This document shows, piece after piece, positions 52,449 through 62,076 of a DNA stretch of 64,000 nucleotides. A model generated the notes under the pieces. It was not told the DNA's origin. It worked only from the letters and a program-made list of their open reading frames with translations, and searched no databases. The DNA is from Candidatus Hydrogenedentota bacterium. GTDB taxonomy: Bacteria; Hydrogenedentota; Hydrogenedentia; Hydrogenedentales; SLHB01. A program made the translations under genes and the position numbers. The stretch is from positions 283,209 to 347,208 of the forward strand of contig CAVUWV010000031.1 of assembly GCA_963745075.1 (NCBI GenBank). The letters are read 5' to 3'. The first letter of the stretch is position 1. Each line of letters begins with the position of its first letter.

Positions 52449-54242
52449 TCAGCCGGTGGTCAGTACTTCCAACGTATTGGTCAAGAAACGTTTGCGGTTG
52501 GCTCGCCGCTGAATCTTGCCGCTGCTGGTTTTGTCAATCGTCCGGGGGGCGATCAGGCAAACCCGATGCACCCGAAGATCGTGATTCTCGGCGATCGCCC
52601 GGCGCACCGCCGATATGACGTCTTTGCCGTCACCGTCTTGGGGCAAAACGGCCTCCGCGATCACGGCAAGTTTCTCCTGACCGTCGATATCGAGCGAAAA
52701 TGCCGCGCAACATCCGGGGCGAATCGCCGAATGACTCCGTTCCACGGTATGCTCGATATCCTGCGGGTAGTGGTTCAACCCGTCGACAATAATCATATCC
52801 TTGATACGGCCCGTTACGAAAACGAACCCGTGCTTCACGAAACCCAGGTCACCCGTCCGCAAGAAGGGACCTTCGTCGGTGTCGGCGAGCCGCGCGTGAA
52901 ACGTTTCCTCGGTCTCCTCGGGGCGGTTCCAGTAGCCGTCGGCAACCGTGGTGCCGGACACCCAGATTTCGCCGACGGTATCCGGCGAACACTGGATGCA
53001 CGACTCGGGGTCGACGATGATCACGCGGGTGTCGTGGCAGGTTCGCCCGCACCCCACCAAGGTGCGCACGTCGTCGCCGGGTGCTTTCGCTTCGACGACG
53101 CGATGCCGCTCCAGTTCCGAGGCGACGACCGGCAACAACATCGGTTTCAGCTTTGCCGTCGTCGACACCATTAAGGTGGCTTCGGCCAAACCGTACCCGG
53201 GATGCAGCGCATCCCACCGAAATCCACAGGACCGGAACGTCTCCGCGAACCGCTCCAGCGTTTCCGGCCGAATGGGTTCCGCGCCGTTGCCCGCACTCCG
53301 CCAACTACCGAGGTCCAACGTCGCACGCTGTTCCGGTGTTATTTTGCGCGTACACAGGTCATACGCGAAGTTGGGCGCGCAACTGTGCGTTGCCTTGTAC
53401 CGGGAAATTGCCCGGAGCCAGCGCAACGGCCGCTGGAGAAACGCGAGCGGCGACATCATGTAGCACGTTGCGCCCAGATAGATCGGCAAGAGGAGGCCGA
53501 AGATAAGCCCCATGTCATGGAAGGCCGGCAGCCACGTCACAAAACGAAATTCGTCCTCCCTCTCCCACATGGCGCCCATGTTCAACATATTATAGAGCAG
53601 GTTGCGATGGGTCACCATCACGCCCTTGGGCTCCGAGGTCGATCCCGAAGTGTATTGAAGAAACGCAACAGTATCGGGCAAAACTTGCGGATCGTTCCAG
53701 GTCGTTGCCAGATCATTCGAGACCGTATCCGTGGCCAGCCATTCGAATTCGCCGAAGTACGAATCGTACGCGGCGAAACCCTTCTCCATTTCCAACAAGC
53801 AGGTCACGGTCAGGGCCAAGGTGGTACCTGCATCCCGCGCAACCACTTTGAGACGGGGGAGACTGCGATTCAGCCGGCCGGGGTCGGGCGGATACACGGG
53901 TACGGCGACGACACCGGCATACAGGCACCCAAAAAACGCCGCGACATAGTCCAGCCCCGGAGGATACAGCATCAACACACGGTCGCCGGGATTGCACCGT
54001 TCCAGCAATGCGACGGCAATGGCCCGGGCACGCCGGTCCACCGCGCCGAAGGTGTACCGGGCCCCTTCTTCCTCCCCGTCGTCCAGAAACGTATAGGCCA
54101 TGTGGTCGGGACGATGGAGCGCGCGATTCTGCAACAGTTCGACCAGCGTCTCACCATGCGCGGACCAAGTATCCATCTCGGGCGCAATCCCTGGTGAATC
54201 CATCTGAGGCCGGACACGGTCTGCCCGGATTTGTTGTGTCAT
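52449..54242 (-). CDS. Fatty acyl-AMP ligase (FAAL)
   Basis: AFLQYTSGSTSEPKGV, WLPAFHDMGLI, APNFAY, YGLAEATL, FAAL-type insertion before LVGCG, RTGDLG, GRIKD, KTSSGKIQR. Confidence 0.93.
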   Translation of the reverse strand: MTQQIRADRVRPQMDSPGIAPEMDTWSAHGETLVELLQNRALHRPDHMAYTFLDDGEEEGARYTFGAVDRRARAIAVALLERCNPGDRVLMLYPPGLDYVAAFFGCLYAGVVAVPVYPPDPGRLNRSLPRLKVVARDAGTTLALTVTCLLEMEKGFAAYDSYFGEFEWLATDTVSNDLATTWNDPQVLPDTVAFLQYTSGSTSEPKGVMVTHRNLLYNMLNMGAMWEREDEFRFVTWLPAFHDMGLIFGLLLPIYLGATCYMMSPLAFLQRPLRWLRAISRYKATHSCAPNFAYDLCTRKITPEQRATLDLGSWRSAGNGAEPIRPETLERFAETFRSCGFRWDALHPGYGLAEATLMVSTTAKLKPMLLPVVASELERHRVVEAKAPGDDVRTLVGCGRTCHDTRVIIVDPESCIQCSPDTVGEIWVSGTTVADGYWNRPEETEETFHARLADTDEGPFLRTGDLGFVKHGFVFVTGRIKDMIIVDGLNHYPQDIEHTVERSHSAIRPGCCAAFSLDIDGQEKLAVIAEAVLPQDGDGKDVISAVRRAIAENHDLRVHRVCLIAPRTIDKTSSGKIQRRANRKRFLTNTLEVLTTG

Positions 54243-54687
54243 GAAAAACTCTCCATACCCACGTGTATCGCGCCGCAACGGCGCCCCCGGAACCCCGTTC
54301 CGTCAATATCTCGACATTGGTTCAACCTTAATCCCGAACGGGAAACAATTACGATCGTGCTTTTGACCATACGAAGGGCATCAAGGTTACATACCCCTGC
54401 CCCATCTTATGGTATCACAAGGAGTTGCAGGGACGCGGAAATGGTATCCTACAAGTAAATCCCCGGTACCGGTTTGGACCCGCACCCGCAACCTCTCCCG
54501 CCGATGCGCCCAAATCTGCAAATCCATACAAAATCATGACTTCCAACGCGGGAAACAAATGCCGAGCATACCAATTCGGCATGGGAAAACACAAACGGCA
54601 ACCACTCGCCCGCGTGCGAGTACGCATTGAATTGCGGTACAACGCAAGCCGTATTCGGGACAACGCCGCTGGAAAGGAGATGGTCCT

Positions 54688-55470
54688 TTGGAAATTGCGC
54701 TCTACCAGGTTGACGCGTTCACATCGACGCCATTTCGAGGAAACCCTGCCGCCGTCTGTCCGCTGGACTCCTGGTTGGACGACGCCGTGCTCCAAGCCAT
54801 TGCGGCTGAGAATAATCTTTCGGAAACTGCGTACCTCGTCCGGTCGGACGGAGCTTACGAACTTCGCTGGTTCACACCCACCACGGAAGTCGATCTGTGC
54901 GGTCATGCCACGTTGGCGTCGGCCCACGCGCTATACACGCAACTTGGATACAACAAACCTGAGATTCATTTTCAGACCAAGAGCGGCACGTTGGTGGTAA
55001 GACGCCTGAACGGCCAGTACGAGATGGACTTCCCGAGCCGTCCCCCGGAACCATGCAGCGCAGACCCGAAGCTGATTCGTGCGTTGGGTGTGAAGCCGCA
55101 GGAAGTATTGGCTTTCCGCGATCTGTTCATGGTGGTTACGACGGAAGATAAAGTGCGAAATGCCGCACCGGATTTCGGGTTGCTCGTCGAGTTAAACGCG
55201 TTCGCCGCCATGATCACCGCGCCCGGAACGGATTGCGACTTTGTCTCACGGTTCTTCGCACCGTCCCAGGGCATCAACGAAGATCCCGTGACGGGCGCTG
55301 CTCACTGCACGTTGACGCCGTACTGGGCCAAGAAACTGGGAAAGAAAAGCTTGTTCGGCAGACAGGTATCCGCACGCGGCGGAGAGATTTGGTGCGAGGA
55401 TCGCGGCGACCGCGTTGCTGTCTGCGGAGAGGCGGTGCTGGTGCTGGAGGGCCGCATTATGTTTCCGTAG
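54688..55470 (+). CDS. PhzF family isomerase/epimerase
   Basis: YQVDAF..GNPAAV, NLSETA, LRWFTP..EVDLCGHATL, EDPVTGAAH; TTG start after AAGGAG. Confidence 0.92.
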   Translation: MEIALYQVDAFTSTPFRGNPAAVCPLDSWLDDAVLQAIAAENNLSETAYLVRSDGAYELRWFTPTTEVDLCGHATLASAHALYTQLGYNKPEIHFQTKSGTLVVRRLNGQYEMDFPSRPPEPCSADPKLIRALGVKPQEVLAFRDLFMVVTTEDKVRNAAPDFGLLVELNAFAAMITAPGTDCDFVSRFFAPSQGINEDPVTGAAHCTLTPYWAKKLGKKSLFGRQVSARGGEIWCEDRGDRVAVCGEAVLVLEGRIMFP

Positions 55471-55496
55471 CTGATCGCGCCTCCGTGCCGTTCTGA

Positions 55497-56159
55497 CTAC
55501 CACGAGTCCTCGAGCTTCGCCCAGGCCTCGTCATCGGCGCACACATCGGGAATCCCGATATCCGCCACGACGACGCGGCCCAGATATTGCTCGGCCGCCG
55601 GATTCCCGAAGCCCTTCTTACTGAATTGAAGGGTCACCGTTGTCGTCGCATGAACGCAGCACCCGCCGATTTCGCCGGTATCAGCATCGAGGCCCGAGGG
55701 AAGATCGACGGCGACCGTTTTGACGGGCGGCCACGATGCTATGGCGGTCTTGAAGGGCTCACGGACCTCGCCTTTGACGCCCGTGCCGAGCATGGCGTCG
55801 ACCAGATAGGCGCAGTCCGCCAGGTTTTCCATCGCGGCGGCCACGTCCCGCGGCTGCGGCGCGACACGAACGAATCCACCCAGTTTCCGGTAGGCGTCGA
55901 GGAAGGTTCGCGCGTCCCCCGTGATATCGTCCGGGTCGGCCAGCATCACCACGCGCGTGTCGAATCCGCCCAACAGGGCTAGCCGCGCGACGACATAGCC
56001 ATCGCCGCCGTTGTTCCCTTTTCCACACACGACGCCCACGGGGCCTTTCTCAATCTCGCGGAACACGGCGGCTCCCGCAGTGTTCATCAAGACCGCGCCG
56101 GGGATTCCCAACTCCTCGATGCAACGGCGGTCGGCTTCGCGCATTTGTGCGGCAGTCAA
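55497..56159 (-). CDS. nnrE: NAD(P)H-hydrate epimerase (YjeF N-terminal domain only)
   Basis: QMREAD, LMNTAG, CGKGNNGGDG, VDAMLGTG, AVDLPSG, VVADIG. Confidence 0.9.
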   Translation of the reverse strand: MTAAQMREADRRCIEELGIPGAVLMNTAGAAVFREIEKGPVGVVCGKGNNGGDGYVVARLALLGGFDTRVVMLADPDDITGDARTFLDAYRKLGGFVRVAPQPRDVAAAMENLADCAYLVDAMLGTGVKGEVREPFKTAIASWPPVKTVAVDLPSGLDADTGEIGGCCVHATTTVTLQFSKKGFGNPAAEQYLGRVVVADIGIPDVCADDEAWAKLEDSW

Positions 56160-56222
56160 GGTCCTCAGGGAACGGCCCTCCTTCGCTATGACGGTTGTGA
56201 TCGAGTGGTCCTGCGTCGCCCT

Positions 56223-57788
56223 CTACCGCTGGAGTCGCACCGGCGGAGCGGTTGCGGCGGGTGCACGCAACGGCTTAGGCATCGGCCGGGGCGCTGGGAT
56301 CGGGCGACCGAAGGACATCACGACGCGATACGTCACGACAGCCTCGCCGTCTTTCGGCACGTCGACCGTGAACACTGCAGTGCGGGCATCCTTCTTCACA
56401 AAATCCTGGGACTTCTCGCGGATGTCCCAATCGCCCGGCATCGGCTCGACGATATCCACGGTAACCGGTACCTCTTTGTGGTTGCGAATCTTGATCTCGT
56501 AGGCGGATTCAAAGACGTTGTCGGCGATTACCTGGTAGTCGGTTTGCGTGCGTTCGCCAACGATGTCAAAGGCGTTGCCGAGACGGAGCCGTACTTCTTC
56601 GTCTTTTGGCGTGTGCTTGATGCGATCCTCGCCCGCGAACTGGAGCATGCCTTCGGAATCTTCCTGGTAAACGCGCATGGTCCCCGCGGGCAACGGGATC
56701 CCGAGATGGTTCTTCTCTTCGTTCTGAAACACCAGGAACACACCGACGTTTTCGTGCGTCAAGGGCGCAATCTTCTGACTGTAATACGAACCGTTCCCGC
56801 GATACTCGTACGCTTTCTTCGCGGAAACGCCATCAGCCGTGAGCAGGCTGACTTGTTTGGATTGGTTTTGTTTTATCGTCGTACGCCGCGGCATGGAGTA
56901 CAGGTGGTACTCCGCGAAGGATTCCTCAACAGGAAGCGCTTTTCGTGCCATTGCCACCCCGCCTCCACCACCGAATCCGCCTCCACCCGCCTGTACGATA
57001 TTTACGTCGCCCGCGACGAGTTTCAGCTTCGCGTTGGTATACGTGGCACCGGATTGATTGTTCAGGGTGACCCACCCTTCGAGATCCAGCGACGCGTCGT
57101 CCTTGGCCAAGGTAATCACGTAATCGGCCTGCCAGGAAAGGCCGCCGGTGAGATAGGTCGCTTCGATGGTTTGATCCGTGCCTTGATTGTCGAGGAGCCA
57201 GATGAGCGACGGCCGCGCGATCAGGTTCTCCGGAATCTCCGGCAAGACAACCTGGCCGGGATAGCCGAGATAAATCTCGTCGCCCACTTTGTAGATGGGA
57301 CCTTCGTTGACACTCAGCAATTCGGCATCGGTCCGTCCCACGTTGATTTCGTTATTGAAGTTGACCAGCGATACCTGTTTGCCGACGTACTTCTCCATCA
57401 GTTTCGAGGGGCTGATGAGGTCGTATTCGTAGTTCTGCTCGAGGATTTGCAGGGTACCCGGCGCCGAAACTGACTTGAGGCTTACCGTTTCCGGCTGGAT
57501 TTGTTGAGCCACGTCGGCAAAACGCAGTTCCTGTTCACCCGGCAGGAGTTTGATGGCGCGCGTGTCTCGCACCAGGGCGAGATTGTTGTTGTATACGGTG
57601 ACGGCGACGTCTTTCTGATCGGCCAGGGTGGTCTCGGGGCCGATTCCCGCGGCTTTCAGCGGATCGCTGAGGGATAGCGAACTCACCCGTACGGTACGTG
57701 GTCCCGCGCTGATCTGTACGTTCTGCAACTCCGCAAAGGATACGGTTGCCGCAAGAACCGCCGCAAACCAAACTGCCATTCGTCTCAT
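56223..57788 (-). CDS. Secreted DUF4139/DUF4140 domain protein, paralog C
   Basis: Signal peptide; VTVYNNNLALVRD, EQNYEYDL, YLTGGLSWQADY, LKLVAGDVN, EYHLY, GIPLPAG. Confidence 0.85.
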   Translation of the reverse strand: MRRMAVWFAAVLAATVSFAELQNVQISAGPRTVRVSSLSLSDPLKAAGIGPETTLADQKDVAVTVYNNNLALVRDTRAIKLLPGEQELRFADVAQQIQPETVSLKSVSAPGTLQILEQNYEYDLISPSKLMEKYVGKQVSLVNFNNEINVGRTDAELLSVNEGPIYKVGDEIYLGYPGQVVLPEIPENLIARPSLIWLLDNQGTDQTIEATYLTGGLSWQADYVITLAKDDASLDLEGWVTLNNQSGATYTNAKLKLVAGDVNIVQAGGGGFGGGGGVAMARKALPVEESFAEYHLYSMPRRTTIKQNQSKQVSLLTADGVSAKKAYEYRGNGSYYSQKIAPLTHENVGVFLVFQNEEKNHLGIPLPAGTMRVYQEDSEGMLQFAGEDRIKHTPKDEEVRLRLGNAFDIVGERTQTDYQVIADNVFESAYEIKIRNHKEVPVTVDIVEPMPGDWDIREKSQDFVKKDARTAVFTVDVPKDGEAVVTYRVVMSFGRPIPAPRPMPKPLRAPAATAPPVRLQR

Positions 57789-57809
57789 GTTCGTGTTTCC
57801 TCCCAGCAT

Positions 57810-59252
57810 CTAATACTTCACGCGCACGCGGTACGACACGGTGACTTCACCGTCTTTCGCAACCGGCACCGAGAACACCGCCGTGTGTGCGTCCTTTTTG
57901 GTGAAATCGTGAGACTTGCTCAGAATCTCCCAGTCCGACGGCATGGGCTCCACAATATCGACAACAATGTCGCTCTCTTTGTGATTCCGAACGGTCACGT
58001 CAAAGGCCGCTTCAGACGTGTGGTACCCAAGTACTTGGAAATCAGTCTGGACCCTTTCGCCGATCACGTCAAACGCGTCGCCCATGCGCAGCGTAACGGT
58101 CTCGTCCTTGGGCGTGTGCTTGATGTTGTCTTCACCGGCGAACTGGAGCATCCCTTCGCTGTCTTCCTGGTAGATCCGCATGACGCCCGCCGGCAGGGGA
58201 ATCCCGAGGCCGTTGGCTTCTTCGTTTTCGAACTCCAAGAAGACGCCGACGTGCTCCTCGCCTGTCGGTGGAATCTGCTGGCTGTAGTAATTGACCTGGC
58301 CCCGGTATTCGTACTTCTTCGCACACTTGACGCCGCTGCCATTGAGCAACGCCAATTGCTTGGACTGGTTCTGCTTAATGGTGGTCCGCCGCGGCATGGT
58401 GTACAAGTGGTACTCGGCGAAGGCCTCCTCTTTCGGCATCGGTGGGGCCGCGGCAGGTCGTGCCGAAAAGTCCATAACCATGGCGACATCTCCCAGGACC
58501 GGTTGGACGACGTTAACGTCGCCCGCTACGAGCTTCAGCTTGGCGTTGGTGTATGTCGCGCCGGACTGGTTGTTCATGGTCACCCAGCCCGCCAGGTCCA
58601 GGGACTGGTCATCCTTCGCGAGCGTCACCACGTAGTCCGCTTTCCAGCTCACGCCATTGGTAAGGTAGGTCACTTCAAGCGTCTGGTCGGCCCGGTCGTT
58701 GGACAGCAGCCAGATCAACGACGGTTCGGCGATGAGGTTGTCCGGGATTTCCGGCAGCACGACATTGCCGGGATGCCCGAGGTAGATTTCCTTGCCGACC
58801 TTGTAGACCGGCCCTTCGTTCACGCTGAGCAACTTGGCGGGTGTGCGGCCCAGGTCGACCTGGTTGCTGAAGTTCTGGAGATAGACGTCCTTCCCGACGT
58901 ATTTCTCCATCAACTTCGAGGGACTGATCAGGTCGTATTCGTAGTTCTGTTCCAGAATCCCCACGGACCCCGGCGAGGACGCGGACTGCAGACTCACGGT
59001 CTCGGGCCGGATCTGCTGGGCCACGTCCATGAATTGGAGCGACAGTTCGCCCGTCGGCAGATGCACCTTACGCGTGTCGCGCACCAGGGCGAGACCGTTG
59101 TTGTACGCGGTAACGGCCACGTCGGTCTGATCGCCCAGGGACGTCTCGGCGCTACCCGTCTCCTGAGCGGTTGCGCCCGCCGCGAATAGAACGATCACAA
59201 GTGCCGCCGATACATGCCGACGCAAACGAGCGAGAAACTGGGGAAATAACAT
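57810..59252 (-). CDS. Secreted DUF4139/DUF4140 domain protein, paralog B (start uncertain)
   Basis: Same motif series; signal-like VSAALVIVLFAAGATA; the ORF extends upstream through the repeat element. Confidence 0.85.
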   Translation of the reverse strand: MLFPQFLARLRRHVSAALVIVLFAAGATAQETGSAETSLGDQTDVAVTAYNNGLALVRDTRKVHLPTGELSLQFMDVAQQIRPETVSLQSASSPGSVGILEQNYEYDLISPSKLMEKYVGKDVYLQNFSNQVDLGRTPAKLLSVNEGPVYKVGKEIYLGHPGNVVLPEIPDNLIAEPSLIWLLSNDRADQTLEVTYLTNGVSWKADYVVTLAKDDQSLDLAGWVTMNNQSGATYTNAKLKLVAGDVNVVQPVLGDVAMVMDFSARPAAAPPMPKEEAFAEYHLYTMPRRTTIKQNQSKQLALLNGSGVKCAKKYEYRGQVNYYSQQIPPTGEEHVGVFLEFENEEANGLGIPLPAGVMRIYQEDSEGMLQFAGEDNIKHTPKDETVTLRMGDAFDVIGERVQTDFQVLGYHTSEAAFDVTVRNHKESDIVVDIVEPMPSDWEILSKSHDFTKKDAHTAVFSVPVAKDGEVTVSYRVRVKY

Positions 59253-59411
59253 CCCCCTTGATCCCCCTTCAAAGGGGGAATTGACCGCAACGCTTCGCGT
59301 TGCGTGTTCGGCCGGAGCGAACTCGACTTTCGGGTATGCGTTAGCACAGTTTCGAGTGTATGCGGATAGGCAAGCTTCCCCCTTTGAAGGGGGATCAAGG
59401 GGGATGTTATT
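59245..59411. mobile_element. MITE/REPIN-like element with perfect 36-bp terminal inverted repeats
   Basis: AATAACATCCCCCTTGATCCCCCTTCAAAGGGGGAA (59245-59280) is the exact reverse complement of 59376-59411; same family as 39517-39901. Confidence 0.75.
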
Positions 59412-59498
59412 CCTCCGCCCCGGCGTTTTTGGGATGTATCCTTCATCGCGTTCGAGCGCATGCGTTGGCAACGGGTTCATGTGTCGTACACTCCCCGG

Positions 59499-60896
59499 TT
59501 AGAACGTCACGCGGACGCGGTAGGAGACCTTGGCCTCGCCGTCTTCCGGCACGGCCACGTGAAAGATCGCCGTACGCGCGTCTTTCTTCTCGTGTTTCTG
59601 TGACTCGCTCACCATCTCCCAGTCGCCGGGCATGGGTTCCACGATGTCGACGACGATGTCCTGTTCCTTATGGTTCCGGATGGAGATATCAAACGCGGCT
59701 TCGTGGGTATTGCTCCCGTAGACTTTGTAATCGGTCTGCACGCGTTCGCCGATGACATCGAAGGCGTCGCCCATGCGGAGCGTGACTGTTTCGTCTTTCG
59801 GCGTGTGCTTGATGTTGTCTTCACCGGCGAACTGGAGCATGCCCTCGCTGTCTTCCTGGTAGATCCGCATGACGCCCGCCGGCAGCGGGATACCGAGGCC
59901 GTTGGCTTCCTCGTTTTCGAATTTCAGGAACACGCCCACGTGCTCTTCACCCGTCGGTGGAACCTGCTGGCTGTAGTAATAGACCTGCCCGCGGTATTCG
60001 TACCTCTTCTCGCACTTCACGCCGTTGCCGTTGAGCAGCGCCAACTGCTTGGATTGGTTCTGTTTGATGGTCGTGCGCCGCGGCATCGTGTAAAGGTGGT
60101 ACTCGGCGAAGGATTCCTCCTGTGGCATGGGCATCGCGGCCGCAGCCTCCAGAACCATACGGCCTCGCTCCGTCCGTTGCGGTTGGTTACTCACCACATT
60201 CACATCGCCCGCCACCAGCTTCAGTTTCGCGTTCGTGTACGTTGCGCCGGACTGGTTGTTCATGGTCACCCAACCCGCCAGGTCGAGGGATTTGTCGTCC
60301 TTGGCCAGGGTGACGACGTAGTCCGCCTTCCAGCTCACCCCGTTGGTGAGATAGGTCACTTCCAGGGTCTGATTGGCCTGCGTGTTTTCGAGCTTCCAGA
60401 TCAGAGACGGTTTGGCGATAAGATTCTCGGGGATCTCCGGCAGCACGACGTTGCCCGGATGCCCGAGAAAGATCTCGTCGCCGACTTTGTACACAGGGCC
60501 TTCATTCATGCTGAGTAGCTCGGCCTCGACGCGCCCCATGTCGACCTGGTTGCTGAAGTTCTGCAGCCACACTTTCTTGCCCACGTACTTTTCCATCAAC
60601 TTCGACGGGCTGATGAGGTCGTATTCGTAGTTCTGTTCCAGAATGCCGACCGAGCCCGGCGCAGACGCGGATTGCAGACTGACCGTTTCGGGCCGGATCT
60701 GCTGGGCCACGTCCATAAATTGCAGGTCGAACTCGCCTTGCGGCAGGGAGAGCTTGCGCGTGTCGCGCACGAGGGCGAGCCCGTTGTTGTACGCCGTCAC
60801 GGCCACGTCGGTCTGGTCGTCGAGGCTCGTCGCCACGCCTTCCGCATTCGCCGCCACGGCACTCGCGGCGATCGCCAACATCATCATCCATTTCAT
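59499..60896 (-). CDS. Secreted DUF4139/DUF4140 domain protein, paralog A
   Basis: GGAGG RBS; signal peptide MKWMMMLAIAASAVAANA; same motif series. Confidence 0.87.
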   Translation of the reverse strand: MKWMMMLAIAASAVAANAEGVATSLDDQTDVAVTAYNNGLALVRDTRKLSLPQGEFDLQFMDVAQQIRPETVSLQSASAPGSVGILEQNYEYDLISPSKLMEKYVGKKVWLQNFSNQVDMGRVEAELLSMNEGPVYKVGDEIFLGHPGNVVLPEIPENLIAKPSLIWKLENTQANQTLEVTYLTNGVSWKADYVVTLAKDDKSLDLAGWVTMNNQSGATYTNAKLKLVAGDVNVVSNQPQRTERGRMVLEAAAAMPMPQEESFAEYHLYTMPRRTTIKQNQSKQLALLNGNGVKCEKRYEYRGQVYYYSQQVPPTGEEHVGVFLKFENEEANGLGIPLPAGVMRIYQEDSEGMLQFAGEDNIKHTPKDETVTLRMGDAFDVIGERVQTDYKVYGSNTHEAAFDISIRNHKEQDIVVDIVEPMPGDWEMVSESQKHEKKDARTAIFHVAVPEDGEAKVSYRVRVTF

Positions 60897-61013
60897 GGTC
60901 CGGTTCCTCCGGTTGAAAGCGTCCCTTGCACACCTGTGGACGAGCAAGCGGCTCATGTCCTGCGAGAACCTTAGACACTTCCCTGCGTGCCGGGTTCGAA
61001 TTCAGCGAATCGA

Positions 61014-61418
61014 TCAGTCCTGGGGAATCGTTACACCGCCGGGCTGGGGCACCACCTCGTATACCCGGTCCGAAGCATCCCCTTCTTCCTGACCGATCAT
61101 GGGCATCGTGTATTCCACATTGGGATCGGGCGCCGCCTTCAGGATGAAATACTCGACATTCGGATCCGGCGTAACCAACAGTGTGGGAAAGCGATCCAGC
61201 AGATCCCGTTGGGTACTCGGTTCAGGGGTCGCCATCCGAATACGAAGATGGGTTGAGTCCGGTTCCGCCATGAGAATCCGGGGTTGTGCAAAGGTCACGC
61301 CAATGCTTTGTTGCGAAATTGCCCCGTCCTGCGGAATCGCTACCGGCCGATCCCTATCGGCCGTCGTGCCGCATGAAAGCAGGAAGACCATAGCAGCGGC
61401 AAGAACGGACTTGGTCAT
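61014..61418 (-). CDS. Hypothetical lipoprotein
   Basis: Lipobox LLSC after a hydrophobic stretch; internal PDPNVEY repeated twice. Confidence 0.6.
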   Translation of the reverse strand: MTKSVLAAAMVFLLSCGTTADRDRPVAIPQDGAISQQSIGVTFAQPRILMAEPDSTHLRIRMATPEPSTQRDLLDRFPTLLVTPDPNVEYFILKAAPDPNVEYTMPMIGQEEGDASDRVYEVVPQPGGVTIPQD

Positions 61419-61615
61419 GATGATACCCCTTCTCGTCTCCGGGAATATTCCCGCCGGTACGGCACAAACAGGCTCCACATCACCGCGCCCATTAGTATAA
61501 CGCGCGAGCGGCCTTCTTTTGCGACTTCCATTCCCGAGCCGGGGTTCTGTGCTCTGGGACGCGGCATAACCTACCGTTATCCACCGATCGCACCGATTCT
61601 CACCGATTTGCGGTT

Positions 61616-61817
61616 GGGGCTCGGGCGTCTCGCCCGTGTCTTCACACCAGAGTCAGGAAAGCCGCCTTCTAAAACCCGAACGCTATCGGTAGCGCTTCGT
61701 TCAACGGCTCCGTGCAGCCGGGACCCCCATGGCTAACCCCTCCGCCCTGTTGCCAAGGTCTACCCGCGACGCGGCCTTACGCTTCGATCCAAACCACGGG
61801 CGAGACGCCCGTGCCCC
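61616..61817. repeat. REP doublet (inverted 23-bp palindromic units)
   Basis: GGGGCTCGGGCGTCTCGCCCGTG (61616-61638) and CACGGGCGAGACGCCCGTGCCCC (61795-61817), one mismatch. Confidence 0.65.
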
Positions 61818-62076
61818 TTTGGTGTCCTTTTCTTGGATTGGTGGATAAGAAAACGCTCGACTGCAATCCCGCTAACCCGCGGCGAGAATTGCCCGTGGCG
61901 TCTCTGTTATTGGGGTTTGTCTCTAGTTCTGTGCTTCGACTTTCGCCCGTTCCTCGTTCCGGTCGGGGTACGCGATACCCCACACGACTGCAACGCCCCG
62001 TGCCCACGGGGTAGCGCCCTGTTTTCATTTGGCGTCAACCGTCGACCGGTATGTCACACACGGAAAGGACCCCCTC

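Noticed and set aside
54688..55470. Phenazine biosynthesis, or membership of the PhzF gene in the PKS cluster
   Set aside because: No other phz genes are present. Stand-alone PhzF-like genes are common, and this one is divergent with a ~450-bp gap, so linkage is unsupported.
59253..59480. N-terminal 76-aa extension of ORF 57810-59480
   Set aside because: It is a read-through of the inverted-repeat element, and the paralogs begin at the signal peptide.
56223..60896. Diversity-generating retroelement explanation for the near-identical DUF4139 tracts
   Set aside because: There is no reverse transcriptase in the window, and the differences I inspected are mostly synonymous and not adenine-specific.
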